A DNA stretch of 64,000 bases from the human T2T-CHM13v2.0 reference genome, Homo sapiens (GCF_009914755.1 NC_060927.1), one strand, 5' to 3'. Counted from the stretch's first letter, positions 1 to 17,656 are shown. Notes: generated by a model not told the origin, from the sequence alone. Translations and numbers: made by a program.

Positions 1-106
1 CGTAGACAGTCTATAGTAGGACTTCTCAGCCTCCATAATTGTGTGAGCCAATTCCTCTATAAATATACCATTGGTTCTGCTTCTCTGGAGAACCCTGACT
101 AATATA
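1..106 (+). mobile_element. 3' end of an MLT2-type (ERVL) LTR
   Basis: ggacttctcagcctccataattgtgtgagccaattcc...ttggttctgcttctctggagaaccctgactaatata resembles the MLT2 LTR 3' terminus; cut off by the window start. Confidence 0.65.
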
Positions 107-3100
107 GCAACTCACAAACAAGCATCCAGTTATCCCAGAAAAGCCATGCTCATTCATTTATAAACATTGATGAAGACAAATGTCACGTAGGGGATAACCA
201 TTTTTAAAAGCTAGATGCATTTGAGGGTTTGATTACTTAAACAATTTTATAAAATGTAAGCATTGATTCACTTAACCAAGAATTTTTAAAGCATTAATAA
301 GGACAAAGATGGCTGAGGCCTATGGTAACTTTGAGACCCCATAGACAAAATCCTCATGAAATAGAGACAAGGTGTAATAACCCAAAGCTTCCCAATGTGC
401 ATGCTGTTGTATAGGTGTGTCAACAGGAGACAGGTGATCTGAGATAGTGTCTCCGCAGCCTTGGGGCTACTGGAGCAAGCAACCTGGCCTGTTTATCCAC
501 GTATAAAAATAGTGCCATTTTCTATGTGTAAAAAAAAGATAGGAAAGCACTAAAAGAGGCTATAAAATAATATTAGTAAAGATGGACAAAGAACGTTATT
601 GATTTCAAACAGATAAGTGGAAAAGTCTTGAAAAACCATTTCAAATTATTATGGAGATGTAGTCAATTCAAAATAACATAATATTAAAAATATGAGTTAT
701 AGTTGTGTGCATTTCTGGACAAGATAATGGAGTTAAGAGTTAAATAGTGAAATAAATACATTAAATGCTCTAGTGATGGTAAAGTGTCAGAAATACTATT
801 TTATTATAAAATATGCTTCTGGGATACATGCACAGAAAAATAACTAAATGCTCTGTTTTCATTTTGTTTTCTTTTGTCTGATTTTCTTAAAGCTGTACAA
901 CTCAAAATTGCACTCTCTTCAGTGTAGTCTAAGATTTTATCATTAACTAGACATAGTTATTCAGCTTTCAATTACACAGCCAGATTTTAAAAGGCATTAT
1001 TTCTTATTGGTTAACTATAAGAATTTGCTTAAATGCAAATATATATGTTTTTCCAGGTACTGATAATTAGTAGTATTTCTTCTTTCAGGAGGTATAAAAT
1101 TTGAAATTTAGTCCTTAGGGCACAAAGGAAAATAAGTGATTGTCAAAGTTACAGAGAATTTTATTTAAACTTAATTCAGATAATTATGTGAAGGTTGCTT
1201 GGTATTAATACTCAAAGTGATAAAAATCCTTTTGAGAATGCTCATAATGGCTTGAAATCAAAGTACCTTTTTCATTTTCAGGAAATTTTATTCAATCTCA
1301 AATATAGGGAAAAAAAAGTTACAATTTAATCTCCTAGAAACTGCTTTTACTTTTAAGGCCCAGTCAATCAAGAGGTAAAGTCTTCACAGTTCTTGAACAC
1401 TCTATGCATTTCCTTCATTGTTTGTTTTAAAACAACATCAAAACTGAAAGAATGAGTTAGTTCTCAAATCACAATTTTAAATGCTTAGTTTTCCCTAATA
1501 CCCAACTTTCAAGTATTTTATTTCAACCAATATCCAGATAATTAGCTAATATTAGACTTACAAACCACCACTGGGATTGTTATTGTTATTATTTGGGGAA
1601 CGCTATGATTTATAAATGTTTGTTAAAGTTATTTTTCTTTTATCTCTACCAATAATGAAATTAACTCAATAATAATCCCATAACCCAAAGAGAGCTACTC
1701 TTAATATTATAGTATATTCTTATAGACACTTTTCTATATACATGCTATTTTCATTTTTTTACATAATTAACATTCTATAATTTTGTATCATGCTTTCTAA
1801 CCTAATATGTCACAAGCATATACTATCTACTTTATTATATTTCAACTACATTTTTATAATAATTACATATTATTTCACCCTACAACTACGTTATAATTTA
1901 TTTCAGCAGTCAACTATTGTTAAACATTTTAATTACTTGCAGTGTTTCATTACTAGAAACAATATACTTCTCTGGTCAAAACATTAAAATGTGCTCTGAA
2001 GTACAACTAAAAAATCAAAATTTAAAAAGAAAACTGTTTTAATACATAGTCCAGTGCAAAACACATTAGGGAAGTTTCTAGGTGCCAGAACAAAGAGAAA
2101 ATGAAAAGTCTTAAGTAGAAGTAGAAGATGAAACCTTTCACCAGGGGTGTTAAAGTCAAATATATGCTGTAAGGGCTGGAGGCTGAGAATAACAGAAGTT
2201 GGAAGATGGAGAAGTCATGCCTATGAGTCAGAACTAAACTGCACAAAACAAGGAGACACAAAAGGGTCTGCATTCTAATCTGCAGGCTCTGCTTGCTATC
2301 CTGGAAAAGCTGCAAGGAAACTAGCCACGCGCGTACAGAAGGTGAAAACAAGTCACCTGTAAAGCAGAATGCTAAGCCTGTGCCACTCGTCCTTCTAAGG
2401 GTCATATTCCCTGGGTGTGGACATCTCAACATGAGAAGCTAACAGAATAGCTTTCCAAATCAGTAAAACTCACAAATACTTGGCTGAGGCAAATACAAAA
2501 TTATTCTATAGGAGTGACTCCACAGGGACCAGTCTACAACCCAACACACTGGGATTTCTCTGGTAAACAATCCCTCTTGAAAAATTACCCACAGTAAAAA
2601 AATTATAAGCCCTACATAGAAATGAGCCACGTTGAAGCACAGTGAGTGGATGCAACTAATGGGATCTTTTGAACCCCAAGAACTGAAGATGGTAGAGCGG
2701 TCTAAAAAAATACTTGCAAATATAAGAGTTTAAATTGATTAAAGAAATGGGAAAAGAGTAGAAACTGTGTCAAGAACAGAAAATTAAATTAAAATGTGTT
2801 TTTGTTAAAAGAGAAAGAAATTTTTGAAATAAATATATGATCAATGTAATTTTTAAAAACTCGAATGTTTCAGTTCAAAAGTCATTAGGTAGAGTTGAGC
2901 AAGGTGATTGTCTGGTCAAGGTCAGGGAAGAGGAAGTATAGCTACAATGAGAAATGGGGTACATCCAGGTGGGACTAATGCAATAAATAAATATACTGAG
3001 GATAATGAGAGCCAGTTTCCCCACTGTTTGAGAAAACAGTGGCAAATATGAAAAGAGAAAAAATAAAATAGATTAGAACTGTGGAACTCATGGTAGTCAA

Positions 3101-3189
3101 TATAGACAAATCTGGAAGTAAATATAAAAATATATATGTATATATTTATGTATATGTAGATAGATGATAGATACATGCCTTGGTGCAAT

Positions 3190-3691
3190 AGTAATGATTA
3201 CATTCAACACCCAGATCTTAATTTCTAAATAACCCCTCACCACTAAAAGGAACCAGTGTTCCTTGGTGAAATGGCTGCTTCCAGGGCTGGGGCAGGAAAA
3301 GCATAAGGTGACCCTAGAACATCTTTGGGACAGAAAGTAAGAAAATACTCAAAGAATTGTGGGAATGTGTCAAAGACACTATTGTAAAGAAACTTCTAGC
3401 CAAATTTTGGACAATTTGAGCATCAAAATAATTATAGCAACAAATTATAATCTGTTGAATAAAAATGTGTAAGTCTATAATGATATAAATAAATTATTAT
3501 CTAAATCTAGAAAAAGGAAAGCTTTTTCTTACAGTTAACTGCCAAATGATAAATGTAAACAGAATAAAGCAGTTAGAAAATCACAATATGACAACCATCT
3601 GAGTAGTAATTAATTCAGCCACCAAACATGAAGGGATACTAAAGCTACTTAGGAAAGGTTTAATGAAGAATGTTGATATTTACATAGTTTC
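3190..3691 (+). mobile_element. Old L1M (L1MC4-like) 3' fragment, left part, interrupted by the L1PA
   Basis: aacacccagatcttaatttctaaata...aaaaggaaccagtgttccttggtgaaatggctg resembles the L1MC 3' region and continues after 9838. Confidence 0.5.
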
Positions 3692-3911
3692 TTTTTTATT
3701 ATTATTATTATACTTTAAGTTCTAGGGTACATGTGCACAACTGTGCAGGTTTGTTACATATGTATACATGTGTCATGTTGGTGTGCTGCACACATTAACT
3801 CGTCATTCACATTAGGTATATCTCCTAATGCTATCGCTCCCCACTCCCCCAACCCCATGACAGGCCCCTGTGTGTGATGTTCCCCTTCCTGTGTCCAAGT
3901 GTTCTCATTGT

Positions 3912-7728
<3,817 letters not shown>

Positions 7729-7791
7729 TATGCTTTTAGCTAGTTATTTTGCTCATTAGTTGATGCAGTTTCTTCCTAGCATCAATGGTCT

Positions 7792-8818
7792 TTACAATTT
7801 GGCATGTTTTTGCAGTGGCTGGTACCAGTTGTTCCTTTCCATGTTTTAGTGCCTCCTTCAGGAGCTCTTGTAAGGCAGGCCTGGTGGTGACAAAATCTCT
7901 CAGCATTTGCTTGTCTGTAAAGGATTTTATTTCTCCTTCACTTATGAAGCTTAGTTTGGCTGGAAATGAAATTCTGGGTTGAAAATTCTTGTCTTTAAAA
8001 ATGTTGAATATTGGCCCCCTCTCTCTTCTGGCTTGTAGAATTTCTGCCAAGAGATCAGCTGTTAGTCTAATGGGCTTCCCTTTGTGGGTAACCGACCTTT
8101 GTCTCTGGCTGCCCTTAACATTTTTTCCTTCATTTCGACTTTGGTGAATCTGACAATTATGTATCTTGGAGTTGCTCTTCTCAAGGAGTATCTTTGTGGC
8201 TTTCTCTGTATTTCCTGAATTTCAATGTTGGCCTGCCTTGCTAAGTTGGGGAAGTTCTCCTAGATAATACCCTTGAAGAGTGTTTTGCAACTTGGTTTCA
8301 TTCTCCCCGTCACTTTCAGTTACGCCAATCAGACGTAGATTTGGTCTTTTCACATAGTTCCATATTTCTTGGAGGCTTTGTTTGTTTCTTTTTACTCTTT
8401 TTTCTCCAAATTTCTCTTCTCGCTTCATTTCATTCATTTGATCTTCAATCACTAATACCCTTTCTTCCACTTGATTGAATTGGCTACTGAAGCTTGTGCA
8501 TGTGTCACGTAGTTCTTGTGCCATGGTTTTCAGCTCCATCAGGTCATTTAAGGTCTTCTCTATGCCGTTTATTCTAGTTAGCCATTCATCTAATCTTTTT
8601 TCAAGGTTTTTAGCTTCTTTGCAATGGGTTCAAACATCCTCCTTTAGCTTGGAGAAGTTTGTTATTACCAATCGTCTGAAGCCTTCTTCTCTCAACTCGT
8701 CAAAGTCATTCTCTGTCCAGCTTTGTTCCGTTGCTGGCAAGGAGCTGCTTTCCTTTGGAGGAGAAGAGGCACTCTGATTTTTAGAATTTTCAGCTTTTCT
8801 GCTCTGGTTTCTCCCCAT
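7792..8818 (-). pseudogene. L1 ORF1, disrupted
   Basis: Fragments MGRNQSRK..., ...WNYVKRPNLRLIG..., ...FQPRISFPAKLSF... lie in different frames. Confidence 0.93.
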
Positions 8819-9393
8819 CTTTGTGGTTTTATCTACCTTTGGTCTTTGATGATTGTGACGTACAGAGGGGGTTTTGATGTGGATGTCCTTTCTGTTTGTT
8901 AGTTTTCCTTCTAACAGTCAGGACCCTCAGCTGCAGGTCTGTTGGAGTTTGCTGGAGGTCCACTCCAGACGCTGTTTGCCTGGGTATTACCAGCAGAGGC
9001 TGCAGAACAGCAAATATTGCAGAACAGCAAATGCTGCTGCCTGATCCTTCCTCTGGAAGCTTCGTCTCAGAGGGGCACCCGGCTGTATGAGGTGTCAGTC
9101 GGCGCCTACTGGGAGGTGTCTCCCACTTAGGCTACTCGGGGGTCAGGGACCCACTTGAGGAGGCAGTCTGTCCATACTCAGATCTCAATCTCTGTGCTGA
9201 GAGAACCACTACTCTCTTCAAAGCTGTCAGAGAGGGATGTTTAAGTCTACAGAAGTTTCTGCTGCCTTTTGTTCAGCTATGCCCTGCCCCCAGAGGTGGA
9301 GTCTACAGAGGCAGGCAGGCCTCCTTGAGCTATGGTGGGCTCCATTCAGTTCGAGCTTCCCAGCTGCTTTGTTTACCTACTCAAGCCTCAGCA

Positions 9394-9651
9394 ATTGCGG
9401 GCACCCCTCCCCCAGCCTCGCTGCCACCTTGCAGTTCGATCTCAGACTGCTATGCTAGCAATGAGCAAGGCTCCATGGGCGTGGGACCCTCCGAGCCATG
9501 CACGGGATATAATCTCCTGGTGTGCCATTTGCTAAGACTGTTGGAAAAGCGCAGTATTAGGGTGAGAGTGTCCCGATTTTCCAGGTACCATCTGTCATGG
9601 CTTCCCTTGGCTAGGAAAGGGAATTCCCTGACCCCTTGCATTCCCAGGTGA
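9394..9651 (+). pseudogene. L1 ORF0 homolog in the antisense-promoter region; start codon ATG>ATT
   Basis: IAGTPPPASLPPCSSISDCYASNEQGSMGVGPSEP...RFSR aligns with recalled ORF0 (MAGAPPPASLPPCSLISDCCASNQ...); the frame is open to the stop at 9651. Confidence 0.75.
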
Positions 9652-9837
9652 GGCAATGCCCTGCCCTGCTTTGGCTCACACTCCATGGGCTGCACCCACT
9701 GTCCGACAAGCCCCAGTGGGATGAACCTGGTACCTCAGTTGGAAATGCAGAAATTATCCATCTTCTGCATCGCTCATGCTGGGGGATATAGACTGGAGCT
9801 GTTCCTATTCAGCCATCCTGGAACTTCCCCCCACCAA

Positions 9838-10500
9838 ATATTTATATAATTTCAATACATAAGGATTTTACCCCTACAAAATCCTTATTAATTACAAAGG
9901 GATAAAGAGAATCTTCACAGTGGAAAAACCTGACTGTACCACTTTAATAATGGTCATGATTACCAGTAGTGGGACAAATCAACACTGAGTCCCACCTGAT
10001 AGGATTCAATGAGAATACGGTATCACTTCTATAATACTCCTATCAAAATGCATAACCTGAATCAAACCATAAGAAAATATCAAAGATACAAAAAGTAAGG
10101 AACATTCAAGAAAATAACTGGTCTGTCATCTTTAAAAGTCACAACATGAAAGTCAAGGAAGACTGAGGAACATTCCAAGCTGAGGGAGACGGCAGAGACA
10201 TGACAGCTACAGGTGATGTATGATCCTTTGCTAGATCCTTTTCTCTAAAGGACATGATTGAGACAATTGGCCAAACTGAAATTGAGCCTGATGAGATGAT
10301 AGTAATTTATCAGTGTTGACTTCCTAGTTTAGATGTTGGAGAATTTCCTTGTCTGTAAGAATTACACACTGAAATAGTTGGAAGTGACAGGGATTTACAT
10401 CAGCTACTTACTCTTAAGTGTGTCAAGGGAAAAAAAAAGTTTTTTATGCTACTCTGCAGTCTTTCTCCTGGTTTGAAATTATTTCATATTAAAAAATAAA
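9838..10500 (+). mobile_element. Old L1M (L1MC4-like) 3' fragment, right part
   Basis: aattacaaagggataaagag...cagtggaaaaacctgac...cataacctgaatc...aaaataactggtctgtcatctttaaaag, ending in an A-rich tail near 10500. Confidence 0.55.
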
Positions 10501-10911
10501 ACTCATGTACCAAACAGTAGTGCAGACACAGTTGAGTGAATTATTTGGAACCTAGAACAGAAACTGTTTTAAAACAAATGGAGTTAAAATATTGGACAAA
10601 GACAAAGAAAGTGAGTGGAGGACTTCGGAGTTAAGGATTCCAAAGGGCCTTACACTGTTTCAGAGCAAGATAGATGTGATATTTAACTTCACAATTTAAG
10701 AAGTCACATAAAAATTTAAAGGTAATATAGAGCAGAAAAAGAATGAAAAACTTTCAGGCTCATAGAGGAGAAAATGAGTAATAACAAAAATATGATCCAT
10801 GTTCTAGAAAGCTGCATGGAAGAAGAAAGCCACAGAAACTGAATAAGTATGTAAGTGTGATTAAAAAAATAAAAGTTGGCAACACTATAATAAACATCCT
10901 TGGATATAAAC

Positions 10912-10976
10912 CTCTCTCTCTCTCTGTCTCTCTGTCTCTCTCTCCTTCTCTCTCTCTCTCTCTATATATATATATT
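10912..10976. repeat. Compound (CT)n(TA)n microsatellite
   Basis: Directly visible. Confidence 0.95.
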
Positions 10977-12870
10977 TAATGTACTTAAAATTATATAATA
11001 TTTGATATTAATATAGTTTCAAAGTACTTTCCTAAAAAATCTGTATTAATTACAAAGGGATAAAGAGTATCTTTACAGTGGAAAAACCTGACAGTGCCAT
11101 TTTAACTGATCACCAAAAATGGGACAAGTTAACAACAAGTGCTACCTGATAGGATATTATATAAATGTCCTTAGACATTATATGACATGAGTGTTCTATG
11201 TTTTACAAAATGTCCTCAGAATCCCTGGAAATAGAATTGCTATGTTAAAACTACAGACACATTAATGTCTCAATTCATTAACAAGTAAACAAAGGTTTTA
11301 CTTAACAAACTATAACTTTTCTATTCAAAAAAATGTAACTACATTTACTGTGCTCCACCCTATCAATGAGGCTCCACCACACTATCCATCTACCTACTCT
11401 CACAACAGGCCAACCTTTTTCTTGCCCTAGGGCCTTTGTAAATGCTGTTCCTTGTGCCTGGATTGGTCTCCCATTTTCCCCCATCCTTCCTTCATAAACT
11501 CACTCCTTTTCATCTTCCCATAATTGCCACCTCCGCGGTGAAGTCCTCGCTGACATTCCTGGGAGATCACCTCCTATGCACCCCATAGCCACACTTTGTG
11601 CAAAAAAACGTTCAACAATTCTCTCCTAAAATTGAGGAGTTTAGTGTCACCTTCTTATGTTAATTTTTATAGAGCAGTCTTTCTCCTGTGACACACTATA
11701 TTCAATTTTTTTCTTTCATAAGTCAAGCTGCTAAGTGCTAATAAAACACGTAATAAAAAGGTAAATGGCCTCTGTATTAATCTTAAGTACTGCTGCCTGT
11801 AATATGATTTTTAAAGCTATATTCTCAAATTACATAAACCCCATGGGACTGATTGTCAATGTCTTTCATATATAAGAAAGCCTCACTGTGGCTGTCATAT
11901 AACTTATGCCAAATCTGTTTTCTTCTCCTTAAAAAAATATGTTTTCAAAAACTTTTTCTAAATATTTTCATGAAGTTAGTGCTGGTCAATGGAGCCACAC
12001 TAAAGCACTCATAACCTCAGCTTAACCACGGGAAAAGCACTTTGTTATAGCATTGATCGACCTCACATTTATTTCAGAAAATCCACAGTTTTCTTATAAA
12101 CAAGCATCTAATGCTGGTGAAAATTGTTGCCATTTCCAGCAGGAAGTGACCTAGGACTCCTAGAAAGCAACTGATTTTAAGGGTCTGGTGATGACCACTG
12201 GGCATGAGCTGGTGAGTGATTAACATTGTTAGATTTGTCCGTAGTATTTAAGATGTTCAGAGTGTTTTACAATCCCTTTTCTTAGTCACAACTCATAGGC
12301 TTGTGAAGGAGGCAGCTCCTGTCATTATTGCTTTGCTATTTGGATGCTGATCCACAGAAAGGTTAAATACCGTTTCCAAGGTCACGGAGAGTTTTCCTGA
12401 CAGAGCCTACTTAAGCATTCATTGCCGCTGACACAGGGCTCTAGGGAAAAGGAAACAGAGGAGGCGAGGAAAAGCCCTAGGCTACAATGAGAACACAACA
12501 TCATAAGCACATCACTGGGGATAGTCTTTCTCATGTGCTACTAAAGACCACTATGTCAGCAAACATCCAATTATGTCTGATTCTTGCTAATATTAAATAA
12601 CATTCTCAGGATTCCTGGGAAACAGCAAAACTATACACTGACATAGAATGGGAGGGGGATGAAATTACATTGACTTTTTCATACCTACCCAGATGTACTG
12701 TTTATTTTCTATTTATAGTATGCTAATACTAACACATGTAAGCTTATATTTTAAAATGCTAATGGAATCCTATCATATGTGCTGAAAACAGTAGGCATCG
12801 TTTAGTTTTTCTATCTAAGGGTCACAAGTAGGCTTTTATTATCAAAGGAAGACTCTCACTTTTCAGAGTA

Positions 12871-13227
12871 CAAGTTGAATATCCCTTCTTTGAAATTCTT
12901 GGGACCAGAACTTTTTCAGGTTTCAATTTTTTTTTAAATTTTGGAATACTTGCATATACATAGTGAGATATCTTGGGGTGTCTAAAGTCAAAACACAAAA
13001 TTCATTTATGTATCATATACACCTTATATACATATCCTGAAGGTAATTTTACACAGTATTTTTGATAATTTTATGCATGAAACAAAGTTTTGACTGCATT
13101 TTGGCTGATATCCGTCACATGAGGTCAGGTGTGGAAATTTCCACTTGTGACATCATGTCAATGCTCAAAGTTTCAGATTTTGGAGCATTTCACATTTCAG
13201 ATTTTTTGATGAGAGATGCTCAACCTT
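12871..13227 (-). mobile_element. Tigger4b/MER46-like TcMar-Tigger MITE
   Basis: Terminal inverted repeats caagttgaatatccc / gagatgctcaacctt flanked by TA; internal cacatgaggtcaggtgtggaaatttccacttgtg motif. Confidence 0.8.
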
Positions 13228-16200
13228 TAGCACACTATGTTCAGAAAGGTTAACATCACACAGTTACTCAGTGCACCTTTCCACCAGCTCAGCACTCCTC
13301 TGTCCCAAGTGGTGTGTCTCCCTGTGGCCATCCCCTGCTGGGCAGTACTGATACGTGTACATATATGAAAAACAACATCCATAAGGAAAGGTTAATTTGG
13401 AGAAAAGCCTAAGTGGAGGAATCGATCAGCAACAAGAGTTAATAATCAATTGCAGGTGATTTGGGTAAATGTGAAAATACCCTGAGATCACATAGTCTTT
13501 ATCACATCACCTTTAAGGAGAGGAACTCATCATTGCTCAGTAGTCACCAATCTCAGTTTACTTCTTATCCTAAAAACATGGACAAAGGGGAGATTGGAAA
13601 CCCAGATTGGCCCTGGAGGCCGGCCAGCTGTGAATCCCATTCTAGGCTCTTAGTCCTTATAATCATTTGTTTAATCAGACTGCCTTCTGCACATGGAAGG
13701 GGGAGTAATGGCTATTTCTCACTTAGAAAGCAAAGTAATAGTGTACAGATCAGATCTCTAGTCTTTGTTCCAGATACTGACTTATTTTCAGTACATTGTG
13801 GTTCAAGAACACATCGATCATAAAAACGTGGCAGCTTTAATGAGCTAATGTTGTCTAAACTGGAGAAGAAAGAATGCCAAGACAGAGCCTAGGGCTTCTG
13901 AGTAGATTTGGACCTTCAATAAATTTCTTTCAGTCACCCCATACTCTAGACAGAGGCCAAGAATGACCCTTTGATTCCTGTCTTCAGCAGCAAACCAAAG
14001 ACTTTTTCACTGTGGGGTTTTGGGGTTTGGTTTGTTTTCCCTAAACCCTGTGACCATGACTTTCCTAGCATGTGATAGAGCTCATTGTCTTTCTGCTGAG
14101 CTCTCCAATTCGTCCCCACAGAACACATTTGGCACCCACAGCAACACAGGCAGACCACAAAGTCTCCAGAATGAGGAAATGTTGGAAGCAAATAATATAT
14201 TCAGCTGAGCATTCTTCCTGGCAGTGGGAGCAGGAGCCTGATTTGGACCTTAAAAGCTTAGTGGCAACAACAAATAAGCATTGGCCTGGAAAATCCACAT
14301 CCCAACAGGCTAAACAAGGCAGGTAATATGAAAATAAGTTTGATGTATTTACAAAATCTCTCTAAATTTTCTTTTTACTGGTCACACTCTCAGGCCACTT
14401 TCATGGAATCATTCAGTTCTGCATCCCTTGTGTGGGATCCAGAGCTCTTTGTATCTTTGACTGCCTCCCAGCACCTGAGGGTCAAGTATCCCACTGAGAG
14501 CTTGGAAAGAGAAGCCAAGAAGATTTGGAGCTGGTGCGGGTGACTGTCAAGCGCAGATGGCCAGTTACCGACGTAATCTGTGTATCTGGGAGGCATGTGC
14601 TATAAGAAGGCAGCTGCTAAAACAAATGAATCAAGCCACAGTTTTTAAGAAGGAAAAGTGTAGATTGGAAAAGGATAAAAGTTTTGAATGCATGCAGCTG
14701 TGCAGGGCTATGATCAATGCTTTAAAAATTAGGATTATATGCACTGATGGAGGGTTTTCCCAAAGTGCAACCCTATGTGAGGTCAGAGCGATAATCCATT
14801 TCATTTCACTGGCAGAGTTGGGAGAGGGCATTTAACAAGGTCAGCTTTAACACTGTTTTCCTGGGATGCTGAATGTGGTTTGTTACTGTTGATGCTCTGT
14901 GTTTTGGAATAAGGTTGTAAGACTAGGTTTAAAAGAAGGTATTGACCTGTCATTTTCCTATAAAAGTGGAGCAGAGATGGCTTTTATTCCATTTATTGAT
15001 CACTTAGATGTGTGACTTAATCTGTATGGCTGGATAAATTCTGGATTTTCTGTCTATCCATGGTTTAACCCATAATGTTACTGGAAAATGAGCCAACATT
15101 ACTTTGTTCTGGCTGTGTGCACAGCAGTGAATTCTAATTGTGTTTCTCAATCTAAGCCCCAGAATGAAAACTGCCAAGATCAATTCATTTTGATAAATTA
15201 ACTGTTTCTGATGGCTATCTACACTGAACTGCAGCTGCTGTGTTTTTTTCTTCCTTAACAAAATGATTATGAAGTAAATGTGCTCCAACTATTGCTCACA
15301 TTGTTTTATTGAACTAATGAATTGCTCTGGGAAGCTCTATGAAGACTTTTGATCAATTATTGTGCGCAAATTGTTTAAAAGGAAATACATCATAATTAGG
15401 CTAACAAATCTGCTGTGATGCTGCCTCTCCTGATGAATAAATTTTGTGTAGATAGAGGGGTAGATACATAGGGGTACTTTGCATTTTTCTCTTCATTGAT
15501 TTTCATACATCATAATACGATGGATTAACCAACATTGGCTCACAATTGCTCTTTGTCCGAAGTTTAATGGAGGAAAAAATACCTTTTAATCCCTTTTAAA
15601 AATCTCCTATAAGTGTGAGACAGATAAGCATATGGTCATCAAGCAATACTACTGAGAACATTCACCTAGATCAAAATGAGGAAATGTATTTCAGCTGTCA
15701 CTGCCATGTCATTATAGCCCCCCCTTAACTGCATTTATGTTGCCAAGAGGAATCCTCACCAGATCAAACTGACTGGAATGAGGCCCAAGACAGCTGTGGC
15801 CCAGATAAAGAAAACCAAATGATTTTCAGTCTCCTGAATACCAAGAAACAGGATATGTCATTGATGTCCAGTTAGTGATCTTGTTCTACACTCAGTACTG
15901 CTCATCTGAGTGTGACACTTTCTGTATCGTCATTGGACTACTGTCACTCATTACAGTTTAAAGAGAAAATTATTCCATTTTCTTTAAAGACTTCTACTGC
16001 AAAGTTTGGGACTCAGACACCAAGTAATACAGTCAGAGAAGACTTCAGGAGTCTATACAAAGCATCCTTAATTCAATCAATGACAATGCCCATTGTTCTA
16101 ATAATTTCATTGTTCAAAAACTAAAGATAAATTGGCATGGAAACACATACCAGACTAGAGACTACCAAATAATATAGAGAGTATGTATGGATGGATATAT

Positions 16201-16419
16201 ATATAGAGAGAGAGAGAGACAGAGAGTATGGATTTATTAAAATTTGACCTTATATAAGAGGGGGAAAATGACTACATGAAGATAAAGGTTTTAGTCAAGC
16301 CTCTCACAGGAAGTTTTGGGCATTGATAAGAAATTAGCCCTTTTTAGCTACCTATCTTTAAAAACACTGTTAGTGTTATGCTCTATGAGATGAAACTTCA
16401 TGAATTAAAAAATATGTGG

Positions 16420-16794
16420 TGCCAGCCACAGTGGCTCACACCTGTAATCCCAAAACTTTGGGATGGTGAGGCAGGCGTATCACTTGAGGCCAGGAGTTCC
16501 AGACCAGCCTGGCCAACATGGTGAAATCCCATCTCTACTAAAATATATATATATACATACATATATATGTATGTATGTGTATATACATATACACATACAC
16601 AAAAATTAGCCAGAGTTGGGGGTGCATGCCTGTAATCCCAGCTACTCAGGAGGCTGAGGCACAAAACTGCTTGAACCTGGGAGGCAAAAGTTGCAATGAG
16701 CCAAGATCACACCACTGCACTCCAGCTTGGGCGACAGAGCAAGACTCTGTCTCCAAAAAAAACAAACAAAAACAAACAAACAAACAAACAAACA
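16420..16794 (+). mobile_element. Alu (S-type) with a (TA/CA) microsatellite in the middle linker and an (AAAC)n tail
   Basis: Dimeric Alu sequence; flanks share atgtgg. Confidence 0.95.
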
Positions 16795-16946
16795 ATGTGG
16801 CTTTGATGAATGTTGGCATGATCAAAGTCATTGGGACTCTATGTCCAAACAAATAAAAGGGAGTCTCTGAGACCTGGGGATAGTATGTTTCTTAGGAAAA
16901 ATCTGTGTAACATCATCTCCTGTCCCCCCCCAAAAAAAAAGGGGGG

Positions 16947-17273
<327 letters not shown>

Positions 17274-17656
17274 TCATTTTCCCTGGCCAGTGAGTGATCT
17301 TGTTCTTTTCAAAGGGGCTTTCCCTAAGGAACTCTCAAGCCTCCTAGAGTTTCCTATTCCTCTAAGTTCTTGTCCTTCTCTGTAATAAAGCTTCTCTCTC
17401 CCTAAAAGATAATAACATCATATATGCAATAATTTTTTTAATGTGGTGTCTTTAGAAGAGCAATATTTTAAAAGTCAAACCACTAGTAACCTAACAGTTT
17501 GCCTAAACTTCCTTTGTCATAGAACACATGAAGTTTATGTTTGCACAGACAAGTCGGCTAGAGGTCAGGGCCTCAGGGCCTCCCCCACTGAGGACCGAGA
17601 GCATAAATACCTCAGACACACTGTAAGCCATTCATGTGGGAAGGGTTGCTGTCCAG

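Noticed and set aside
2050-3000. Possible old L1M 5'/ORF1 remnant and 136-aa minus-strand ORF
   Set aside because: Too degenerate to assign confidently; the ORF has no recognisable domain or splice context.
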